A stretch of DNA of 64,000 bases from the NCBI GenBank assembly GCA_965261545.1, contig CBDHDF010000002.1, positions 256,001-320,000 of the forward strand, written 5' to 3'. Every line of letters starts with the position of its first letter. Position 1 is the stretch's first letter. The position numbers and the translations under genes are program-made. This document shows positions 55,952 through 64,000 of this stretch, piece by piece. The notes under the pieces were generated by a model. That model did not search any database, was not told where the DNA came from, and worked only from the letters and a program-made list of their open reading frames with translations. The DNA is from Bdellovibrionales bacterium (GTDB lineage: Bacteria > Bdellovibrionota > Bdellovibrionia > Bdellovibrionales > UBA1609).

Positions 55952-56998
55952 TCAGGATTTTATGTTTTTGACTTTTTTACGCAGCTTTTCCACGTCTTTG
56001 GAAGTGAGTCTAGTACATAGACAAATCGCTTCTACCTCAAAGCCATTTTGAATCATTCGTAATGCCATCTCTTCACGACCCTTCTCGATACCCTTCTCGA
56101 TACCCTTCTCGATACCCTTCTCGATACCCTTCTCAAGACCCTTTTCGATACCCTTCTCGATACCCTTCTCGATACCCTTCTTAAGGCCCTTTCTCATCCC
56201 CTTTTCCTCAGCTTCATCCAAAGAACATTGCAATGCTGACATAACTCTTTGATCCTCCTCGATACTTTCTTTTTCAATCTTACTGAGTACATTTAAAGTA
56301 AAATCTGGATCGTTTCGGTGGATATAATCCACCGCTTTTTGAATAAGGAACTTTTGATCCTTCTCATCCAAGTTTATACCCATCTGAAACAACTCCACAA
56401 TGGTCTCATGGCGAAGCTTCCAGATACTACTCATTATAAGCAAAATCGGCCTAGAAAGCAAATTCCTGCCAACTCCACGGTAAAGGTTTATATCATGAAT
56501 ATTCAACAACTTACAACGAAAATTGAGGATATTCTTCCCAAATTTTTGTCTTAGAACGGGGGTGAGCCCATCCAGAGAATCTTGAAAATTCAGGGGGCCT
56601 CTCCAGTGTTTTTGGCGTCCGTGATAGACCAGTATGGGAATGACTGGATAGTTCCAGCGATTGTAAACAAGGGTCTGGTACCTCAGAATTTGTTGGAGCA
56701 CTTGAGAATCCTGATGACTTTTGTGTTCGAGCAGAAAAAAAAGACGCACCCTTTTTTTGGACCCCTTGACTTGAACTGAGAATAAAAGGTCAATACGCCG
56801 TTCATTGCCCTCTTCATCTGTAAAGACAGTTATTTCTGGTTTGAGAGTTTTCCAGTTAAAGAGCTTAAACTCCTGTGTCGTCAAGACAAGACGGAAAATG
56901 TCTAGGCAATATCTCTCATTCAGGAAAGTTTCATTGAATAGAGCATTATGGGCCTGAGACTGTTGTTTTCTTTTTTCTGAGATTTTCTTTGGAGGCAA
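55952..56998 (-). CDS. Rpn type B, array copy 7 (8 repeats, 348 aa)
   Basis: Rpn motifs; repeats counted in the translation. Confidence 0.9.
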   Translation of the reverse strand: MPPKKISEKRKQQSQAHNALFNETFLNERYCLDIFRLVLTTQEFKLFNWKTLKPEITVFTDEEGNERRIDLLFSVQVKGSKKRVRLFFLLEHKSHQDSQVLQQILRYQTLVYNRWNYPVIPILVYHGRQKHWRGPLNFQDSLDGLTPVLRQKFGKNILNFRCKLLNIHDINLYRGVGRNLLSRPILLIMSSIWKLRHETIVELFQMGINLDEKDQKFLIQKAVDYIHRNDPDFTLNVLSKIEKESIEEDQRVMSALQCSLDEAEEKGMRKGLKKGIEKGIEKGIEKGLEKGIEKGIEKGIEKGIEKGREEMALRMIQNGFEVEAICLCTRLTSKDVEKLRKKVKNIKS

Positions 56999-57220
56999 TG
57001 TCAGTCTTTCAAGTGAAGAGGGTTTTAGATGGGGCGGCTTAAGAAGATTATGGACAAGTGTATGAGCAAGTGAGCGGAGTTATCTGTCCATAAATCATCA
57101 AGACAAGATAAAAGGGGGTGGGTTCTCCGGTCAAGTCAGATCAAGTCAAAAATTGGAAAGTCATCATTAACTATCATAAAACCGGAGAATTGATTATTCT
57201 TATCCTCCTCTCCGATATGG

Positions 57221-58504
57221 CTATCGCCGCCCTCTTCCGCCATTGCTATCATCGTCCTCGCCATCCCGATTGTCCTCGCTATCCTCTTCGGTCATGGTTA
57301 TCGCCCATCCCCCATTGCCACTATCATCCTCGTCATGACTATCTTCCTCGTCGGTGATAATTCGTGGTCTTCGCCACCACCACCATCGATTATCACTATT
57401 ATCATTATCATCGTCATCTAGGAATCTTCCAAAATACTTTTGCCAGATAATTTGTGGGTTTTGCTGCCTCTTTTCAGTGCGTTTGATTCTGGCTCTTCGT
57501 CTGTGTTTTGGTTTTGGTTTTTGTTTGTCCAGACGTTTTCTTTTTTCTTCCTCGGCTTTTGCTTTGGCTTGAGCTCGGGCTCTTGCCTCCCCATATTCTT
57601 CAAATTCCTCGGCCCCATATTTGTTGCTTCGGAGAAGCCATGGGGGGGTGTAGTAGGGGGGAATTTCTTTATCGTAGAGGGGGAATTTTGGAAGTCGATG
57701 TGGTGGGTCGAAGTATTTCTTAACGATCTTGTTCCACAGGCTCGCAAGACAAACGAGAGAGCAAAATGTGGGAGCCAATATGGGGAAGTAGGCTTCAGTG
57801 AGAAAGAGGGAGGCCGTTAATATGAGGAGGAGTAACCATATAAAGCTTAGGTAGATCCATATATTTGTTATGTCTGTGATCGTGGGGACCCGGTGACGCC
57901 AAAAACAATACCAAATGTACACATAGGCGGGGATTCCCAAGGGAATGGCCGCGACCACAAAAACAAAGCCCGGGAGAGCTGTGCCTAGGAAGGAGGGATA
58001 CAAAAGGGAAGTCACCAAGGGAATGGCAGGTATGACAATATACCAAATGGTGACCTTGTGCCTATAATAGCCTTTCAACCGGGGGCCAATGAAAATCAGA
58101 TGCAAAAGGCAAAGGAGGGAGAAGGCTGAGGTCAAGTAAACATTTTTAAAGAAGGTGTGAAAGGGGATGATGAAGAGAGCGACTGGTAGGAGGGCATGGG
58201 TAGTAATGATTTCAAAGCTCATAAGAGCATAGGAAAAAAACCTGATTTTTTGAGATAAGAAGACCAGGGTGATTATTTCATAAACAATGAGTATTTGTAT
58301 AAATTCTGGGAGGTTGTGTTTAAGTATGAAGCTAAAATCTTGATGGGATTGACCTGACTGGACCCACCAGAGTTCAAGGAGGTGACCTAAGATAAAGCAC
58401 ATGTAGAGAATTTGGCTGAGTTTCCAGCCCCATTCAACCCTCTCTCTTCTCAGGCGAGGAGAAAGCGGAAGGTGCCTTTTGGGTATGGGAGGTTTTTCAA
58501 GCAA
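57221..58504 (-). CDS. Multi-pass membrane protein with a basic then acidic low-complexity tail; function unknown
   Basis: About 8 hydrophobic segments; K/R-rich then D/E-rich C-terminus; start uncertain. Confidence 0.65.
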   Translation of the reverse strand: MLEKPPIPKRHLPLSPRLRRERVEWGWKLSQILYMCFILGHLLELWWVQSGQSHQDFSFILKHNLPEFIQILIVYEIITLVFLSQKIRFFSYALMSFEIITTHALLPVALFIIPFHTFFKNVYLTSAFSLLCLLHLIFIGPRLKGYYRHKVTIWYIVIPAIPLVTSLLYPSFLGTALPGFVFVVAAIPLGIPAYVYIWYCFWRHRVPTITDITNIWIYLSFIWLLLLILTASLFLTEAYFPILAPTFCSLVCLASLWNKIVKKYFDPPHRLPKFPLYDKEIPPYYTPPWLLRSNKYGAEEFEEYGEARARAQAKAKAEEEKRKRLDKQKPKPKHRRRARIKRTEKRQQNPQIIWQKYFGRFLDDDDNDNSDNRWWWWRRPRIITDEEDSHDEDDSGNGGWAITMTEEDSEDNRDGEDDDSNGGRGRR

Positions 58505-58867
58505 GGGCCATCTCCACTTCGAGAGGACAAAGTGAAGTGGACTCCCCCATTCTTCCCCTCTTAGCTAAGGGGAAAGCCCCTTTTACCTTCCTCTTTTATT
58601 ATTCTTTTGTGGGCCCCTTAGACTTAACTTTAATTATAATCTATTATTTTTCATGGAGCAAATTTTCGCTTTTACTTGGAGTTTCTTAGCTCTTTATTTT
58701 GACTTTTGTTGAGGGTCTTTTGGGGGGGGCTTCTCGGTGTTGTTGATGGATGAGGCACAGGGAATTCATCTGGTGAACTCCCGGCCTTTTGTAATTACTT
58801 TATCTCTTATGATCTTTTCATTTTTTCTTCTTGTGATCACCTGTTTTTTGTAGCCACCACACCTTCA

Positions 58868-61800
58868 CTATTTTTTCTTCTTTTTAGGTGCAGGTGTGCG
58901 AGGAGGAACGGGAAGACCTGGTGGATTCCTGCGGAGAATGGCACAATTGTTATAGCAATACACATGGCAGCCTGCTATGGAATTATCAGCGGTGCTATCT
59001 GTGCGAGGATCTGGAAAGCATTTCGGTGGGGGAGCCGTATCTTTGTCAGCTTTGTCACAATCTTGAGTGCATTGTCGTATGCACCTTGTGGCTCCCTCCC
59101 AATCATTATCTTTTTTGGGGTTGGGGTCGGGGGGTTTCGGGAAGTTGTTGCAAAGCCAAGGAGCTTGTCGACAATAGTAGGTCCCACCACTTTCTTTGCA
59201 TCTCTTGGTGTAGTACTCACAGCTATTGGTTCCATAGAGTCCAAAGGGGTCCTTAAGGTTGGTGGGATTGTTGGCGGCGTAGGTATAAAAATTGTGACCG
59301 CCATTGAAGCCAAGGGAGTCGGCGCTGAGAAAGCGTCCCATTTCAGGGTCATAGTATCGAGAGCGGTAGTAATAAAGTCCTGTTTCAGGGTCAAATTCTC
59401 GACCTGTGTAGGTGAAGGGGTTTGGTAGGTATTTCGGACTGCTGGGTGTGATGACATTGTTTTGGCCATCGTAGATGGTCATTTTGCCATAGGCATCGTA
59501 GACATACCTTTGCACCACATCCCCTGAAAAATTGGTGATCTCTGTGATATTTCCCAACTTGTCAGCGTGGTAGTGGAAGTACTGCTCTTGGAATGAGGCA
59601 TTGTAGTAGGGATTGCGACCTTGGCGTATCATTCGGAAAGGTTGATCCACCTCGACCCCGTGGATGTATTTGGCATTGGGAAAATCTCCAGTGGGGTATC
59701 TTTCAAATTCTAGAAATATGTTTTTTCGATCGTAGACATACATGATGATGGTTCCATTGACATTTTTATGAACTCTGCGATTCAAAGGGTCGTATTTGTA
59801 GGAAATAGTTTTTGTGGCCGTGGTACTATCGGCAGAACTTTTTTCTTTGACACCGATGAGCCTATTTTTGTAATCCCATTGATACTCGGTGACTTTGCTA
59901 GAGGCTGTATGGGTTCTCTTTGTGAGGTTGCCGTTGTGATCGTAGATATAGGTGTATTTCTTATCATTGGTGAGTTCATTGTTGTCGTTAAAAGTGGAGT
60001 TCACCGTTTCACCATCTCGCTGGAGCCTGTTCCCCAAGGCATCGTAGGCGAAGGTTTCTGACCCCGTACCTATGGGCTTGGTGGCAGAAATCAATCGGTT
60101 GAGATTGTCGTAGCTGTAGGTGAGTGAGGAGTTGATGGAGGGCGTGGTGGTAGCGGTGGTGGAGCCGGAGCTTGTGCCTGCGCTTGTGAGAGTGCCTCTT
60201 GAGGTGGTCAGGCTTGTGATGTGGTCATTGAGGTTGTAAGCGTACCTAAAGGAGGAAAGGGTTTTGGTGACGGTGGCGATGTTTGTGGTGGAGGTGGAGC
60301 CAGGAGGTGGAGCAGAAACTTCAATATGTTGATGTCGGACATCATAGAGCTGATTGGGTTTTCCTGCGAAATAGGAGAAGGTGGTTGTGGGTACTTCTCC
60401 AGGATAGTTGATGCGAGAGATTCTCTGGAGGTGGTCATAGCGAAATCTCAATGAATGGGTACTCGGTAGGGGGTGATGGCCTAGTTCGATAACGCGATTA
60501 TTCTTGTTGTATTTGTAATAAGCCTTGCTATAGGAGTTGTAGTTACTTCCAACACTAGTAACACTTATGACATTGTTATTGCCATCATACCCATAGGTAA
60601 GTTTCACCCTAGGTTGAGTGGGTGTTGTGCCCGTGGCAACAGTGAGAACCCTTCCTGAACCATCATAGGTGTAGTTAAGAGAGGTGTCCCCGTTGGACAT
60701 AGAGAGAACATTTCCATTGGCGGAGTAGGTATAGGCTTCACTGGTGTTATCGGGGTAGAGAATATTTGTAAGCCTATTGAGGGTATCATACTGGTAGGTG
60801 ATGCGAGCGCCATTTCTATCCTGTCGTTCCACCATATTATTATTTCCATCATAGGAGATGGTTTCTGTGCGCCCCAAGGGATTGATCATTCCAACCAGTC
60901 TATTGAGATTGTCGTAGGTAAAAGAAGTGTTGTGCCCTCTTTGGTCATTGAGAGAGGCTAAATTTCCCATAGCATCATAGGTCATGTTGAGAACTCCTCC
61001 CATGGCATCGGTTTGGGTCAACATTCTATTGAGAGAGTCATGGGTAAAAGTGATTGTATTTCCCAGAGTATCTGATTGGGTGAGGAGATTTCCTGCATTG
61101 TCGTAGGTGAGCCTTGCGAAGATGCGATTTAAAATCGAAATATCTTTGACAGTGCTCAGGCGGCCATTGGTATCGTGTTCGTAGCGATACCCTTCATAGG
61201 GCCCAATTTGTAGAGATTCTAGTTGATAGAGGTTTCTATAGGTCATGACAGCATTTCTATTCTCAGGGCTTCTAATACTTGTTATATTGCCATAGTTATC
61301 ATATTGAAAAGTAGTGACATTGCCCCTTTCATCGGTGATAGTGAGGGGTTGGTGAAAGTTAGTGGAGGGGTCTGCCATATAGGTGTAATGAATGGTGCCT
61401 GTGGGTTTTGTGATGGAGAGAACATTTCTATGGGTATCCCGAGGCATGCTGTAGACATTTCCACTTTCATCAGTGGTGCTTGTAACATTGTTATTACTAT
61501 CTCTCACAGTTGTTGTTTGCCCTCCCATGGGGTTGCGAGTTTGGATAATGGCACCAAAGGCATTGGTTTTCATGCGAGTTTCACCGCCTTTAGGATCTAT
61601 AAAGGAGGACGTGAGTTGTTCTTCAAAAAGGGCTGCGAAATTTGAATCTGAAGGGTTGCTACCTAGAAACTTAGAGTTGGCCGATTGAATTTTGACCGTG
61701 GCATTGTCGGGGCGAATGTACTGTGTAACATTTCCCATTTTGCCATAGGTGTAGTTCTTTGTTCGTCCCAACTTATCAGATTGAGAGGTCATAGCTCCGT

Positions 61801-64000
61801 TGAGGGCGTACTCAAAGGTTCTCGATGTTTGATCGGGGTCTGTGATGCGAATCACATTCCCGTGAGTGTCGTGGGTGAGACGGGTGATTCGCCCAGCGGG
61901 GTCTGTGATAGTTTCAACCAAGCCATTGGCTCCGTACCCAAATCGAGTGGTGGTTTTATCACGGGATTGAAAATAGGAGTATTCAATATAAGATAAGTTT
62001 CCATTGGTGAGGTAGAAATAGGTGGTACTTCGGTAATAGCGATCCACACTGCTAAGCAAAGTGCCTGATTTATTAAATATATAATTAGTTCCCTCTTGTG
62101 TCTTTAGGGTGAAGCCACCTATGGGGGAAGGTATGGAAGTTAAAGTGGAATAATCTCCATCGGGTGAGCTATAGCTATGCCACGTGAATTGTTCATTTGT
62201 ATTGGGGTCCTCTTGTGTGATGGTAGTATCATTTTTCGTAAAAATACGATACTTGAAATTGTCATAAACGAGCATGACCTTTTCAGGGGCCACAGGCATG
62301 TCCTCTCCATTAAGTCCATAAAATTGCTTCATCTCTCCGAGTTTCCAGCCCCTTCCGAATTCTGTTTCAGGGGAGACAACGGGATAGAGGGATTTATTGA
62401 TTCTTGTTCTCACCACATTCCCGTTGGACAAACGGAGACCTATTTTTGTTTTCAATTCATAAAGACCTGTTTTTAAACCCTGGGTATTGATGGTTTTATT
62501 TGTAAGAAAGGTTCGATTGAGAAGGGAGGTGAGTGAGGTATTTGATGGAAGTTTAAAAACTGATTTGGGTGTGTTTCTCCCATTGAGTTCAAGGCTCACG
62601 GCAAAAGAGGCACTGAGATCAAAAGGTGCTCTTCCTTGGGCATCCCCTGTGGTGTAGCGATGGGATGTGCGTACACTCATGTTTTCCAATGAACTTGTGT
62701 TGGTGTAAAACAGTGTGGGCGCAATATCCTGTCCAGATATCTTCACTCTTGGAAGTGTGTGATCTTCCCTCAAAGTTCCCGTGGTCATACAGAGATCACT
62801 GCCAGGACAACCACCTCCCCCTCCACTGTTGCCGCCATTGGGACCATTGCCCCCAGAGTTGGGGCTGCCTGCAAGAGAGGGGAGACGAGGCATGGGAAGG
62901 TGCCAAGTGGTGGCTCTCACACCCCCCTCAATCATGGTGATGGTGCGACGATCGCTGGAAACACGACCTGTCCCCACTTTTTCAAAGCCTCCCTTTTCTG
63001 ACAGAGAAAATATATCCAAAAGAAGACCTGCGGCATAGTTATCTGTGTTGGGGAAGGTGATGGGCACAGGGTTGGCAAATCGAAGACCTACGGGTTGCAG
63101 GGTGATAATAAAGTTGGGGCTGAAAAATTCTGGAAGCTCCCTTGGGGTGGCATCAATGGGAACACTAGAAACAGACAAGGGGCCTGTGTACACAGTGCCA
63201 TCGGATTTTTTCACTCCACCGGCGGGCACGGTCATAGAAACACCAATGCTGGTATTGCTCACCACGGTGCTGCTTGTGGCACTCACTGTGGCCACATGGG
63301 CGGGATTCACTCGTGGGAGCATATAGTCCCTAATGGGGCGGTTGAGGATATTTTGCATAATGGGAGTGCGACCACTGAAGTTGGCGTAGAGATGACCGTT
63401 GGGAGCAGTGATTCCTGTGGCGTCAAGGCTTACAATTTTTGCCCCGTGGGGAATGCCCGAAATGGTAAACCTTCCCTGGGCATCTGTGGTGGTGGTGACG
63501 GTGGAGCCTTCCACACTTATTCTCACACCTGCAATGGGAACAATGGATTTATTTTCTGAATAGGCGTTGGCGTCGATGACCCTGGATTGAAAAGCTGTGA
63601 CTTGACCCGTGTCTGCGGGCAGCACTGTGATGACCACTTTTTGAGAATCACTTTCTTTGCCATCGGTGGCGATGAAGTTGATGGTGTGGGTTCCCACTTG
63701 GTTGGGAGCCGGTTTAAAGCGAAATTTTCCTGTTCCTTCATCGAGCCTTGAGTTGGCAGGCAAACCCGTGGCGATAAACGAGATGGTGTCGTGGGTGTCG
63801 GCATCCAGGGCTGAAATGGTGAACCTCACCTCTGTGCCTATTTGCATAGTTTGAGGAGTGGTGATAGTTGCAAGTACTGGGGGGTTGTTCATTTCACCTG
63901 TCACTGTGATGGTGACATCATCGGGGCGGCTATCAAGTGAACCATCGTTGACCACAAGCCTTGCGATATAGGTGCCATCTCTGTCGGTGATAAAAACGGG
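58868..64000 (-). CDS. Large Rhs/YD-repeat protein with N-terminal Ig-like domains (5' end outside window)
   Basis: Many YD repeats; core YTGREFDPETGLYYYRSRYYDPEMGRFLSAD...NPTNLKDPFG; Cys-rich C-terminal tip; frame appears open to the window edge. Confidence 0.92.
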   Translation of the reverse strand, partial: PVFITDRDGTYIARLVVNDGSLDSRPDDVTITVTGEMNNPPVLATITTPQTMQIGTEVRFTISALDADTHDTISFIATGLPANSRLDEGTGKFRFKPAPNQVGTHTINFIATDGKESDSQKVVITVLPADTGQVTAFQSRVIDANAYSENKSIVPIAGVRISVEGSTVTTTTDAQGRFTISGIPHGAKIVSLDATGITAPNGHLYANFSGRTPIMQNILNRPIRDYMLPRVNPAHVATVSATSSTVVSNTSIGVSMTVPAGGVKKSDGTVYTGPLSVSSVPIDATPRELPEFFSPNFIITLQPVGLRFANPVPITFPNTDNYAAGLLLDIFSLSEKGGFEKVGTGRVSSDRRTITMIEGGVRATTWHLPMPRLPSLAGSPNSGGNGPNGGNSGGGGGCPGSDLCMTTGTLREDHTLPRVKISGQDIAPTLFYTNTSSLENMSVRTSHRYTTGDAQGRAPFDLSASFAVSLELNGRNTPKSVFKLPSNTSLTSLLNRTFLTNKTINTQGLKTGLYELKTKIGLRLSNGNVVRTRINKSLYPVVSPETEFGRGWKLGEMKQFYGLNGEDMPVAPEKVMLVYDNFKYRIFTKNDTTITQEDPNTNEQFTWHSYSSPDGDYSTLTSIPSPIGGFTLKTQEGTNYIFNKSGTLLSSVDRYYRSTTYFYLTNGNLSYIEYSYFQSRDKTTTRFGYGANGLVETITDPAGRITRLTHDTHGNVIRITDPDQTSRTFEYALNGAMTSQSDKLGRTKNYTYGKMGNVTQYIRPDNATVKIQSANSKFLGSNPSDSNFAALFEEQLTSSFIDPKGGETRMKTNAFGAIIQTRNPMGGQTTTVRDSNNNVTSTTDESGNVYSMPRDTHRNVLSITKPTGTIHYTYMADPSTNFHQPLTITDERGNVTTFQYDNYGNITSIRSPENRNAVMTYRNLYQLESLQIGPYEGYRYEHDTNGRLSTVKDISILNRIFARLTYDNAGNLLTQSDTLGNTITFTHDSLNRMLTQTDAMGGVLNMTYDAMGNLASLNDQRGHNTSFTYDNLNRLVGMINPLGRTETISYDGNNNMVERQDRNGARITYQYDTLNRLTNILYPDNTSEAYTYSANGNVLSMSNGDTSLNYTYDGSGRVLTVATGTTPTQPRVKLTYGYDGNNNVISVTSVGSNYNSYSKAYYKYNKNNRVIELGHHPLPSTHSLRFRYDHLQRISRINYPGEVPTTTFSYFAGKPNQLYDVRHQHIEVSAPPPGSTSTTNIATVTKTLSSFRYAYNLNDHITSLTTSRGTLTSAGTSSGSTTATTTPSINSSLTYSYDNLNRLISATKPIGTGSETFAYDALGNRLQRDGETVNSTFNDNNELTNDKKYTYIYDHNGNLTKRTHTASSKVTEYQWDYKNRLIGVKEKSSADSTTATKTISYKYDPLNRRVHKNVNGTIIMYVYDRKNIFLEFERYPTGDFPNAKYIHGVEVDQPFRMIRQGRNPYYNASFQEQYFHYHADKLGNITEITNFSGDVVQRYVYDAYGKMTIYDGQNNVITPSSPKYLPNPFTYTGREFDPETGLYYYRSRYYDPEMGRFLSADSLGFNGGHNFYTYAANNPTNLKDPFGLYGTNSCEYYTKRCKESGGTYYCRQAPWLCNNFPKPPDPNPKKDNDWEGATRCIRQCTQDCDKADKDTAPPPKCFPDPRTDSTADNSIAGCHVYCYNNCAILRRNPPGLPVPPRTPAPKKKKK

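Larger units (their letters stand above)
42469..57240. repeat. Tandem array of 7 units (~1.63-1.73 kb each): uma2 3' half, Rpn, intergenic segment
   Basis: Junction ctcttccgc|tgt(a/g)attgtacc after 44189, 45922, 47631, 49304, 53918 and 55543; unit 5 contains an IS66. Confidence 0.93.

Noticed and set aside
42469..57240. Array as a pure assembly artefact
   Set aside because: Units differ by SNPs, in-frame repeat counts, a private 12-bp deletion and a TSD-flanked IS66 in one unit; read-level confirmation is still needed
58888..63854. Plus-strand and alternate-frame ORFs over the Rhs gene
   Set aside because: Shadow ORFs of the long Rhs coding frame

Overview
AT-rich bacterial accessory region with no rRNA, tRNA or CRISPR array and almost no intact housekeeping genes. 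It is dense in mobile DNA: IS21, two IS66 types, IS1634-like, IS4, IS256, IS200, an ISNCY-like element, MITEs and two group II intron remnants, often nested with readable target-site duplications (TSDs). The most striking structure is a 7-unit, ~1.7 kb tandem amplification (42469-57240) of an Rpn/YhgA-like nuclease gene. Every copy has a different number of 4-residue G(I/L)EK repeats (10, 11, 9, 6, 7, 3, 8; a dispersed copy has 5) within the predicted internally translated RpnS antitoxin segment. Other notable cargo: three signal-peptide 'mini-Rhs' proteins ending in a His/Cys (clan CD-like) protease domain; a Chlamydia-AaxB-like pyruvoyl arginine decarboxylase carrying a signal peptide; a transposase-less element with IRs and TSD carrying a Panacea (DUF4065) toxin-antitoxin-like pair; a high-GC DUF255 thioredoxin-domain gene between two IS4-type MITEs; and a large Rhs/YD protein whose Cys-rich tip ends in PKKKKK. 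All family assignments come from motif recognition by eye; no database searches were run.
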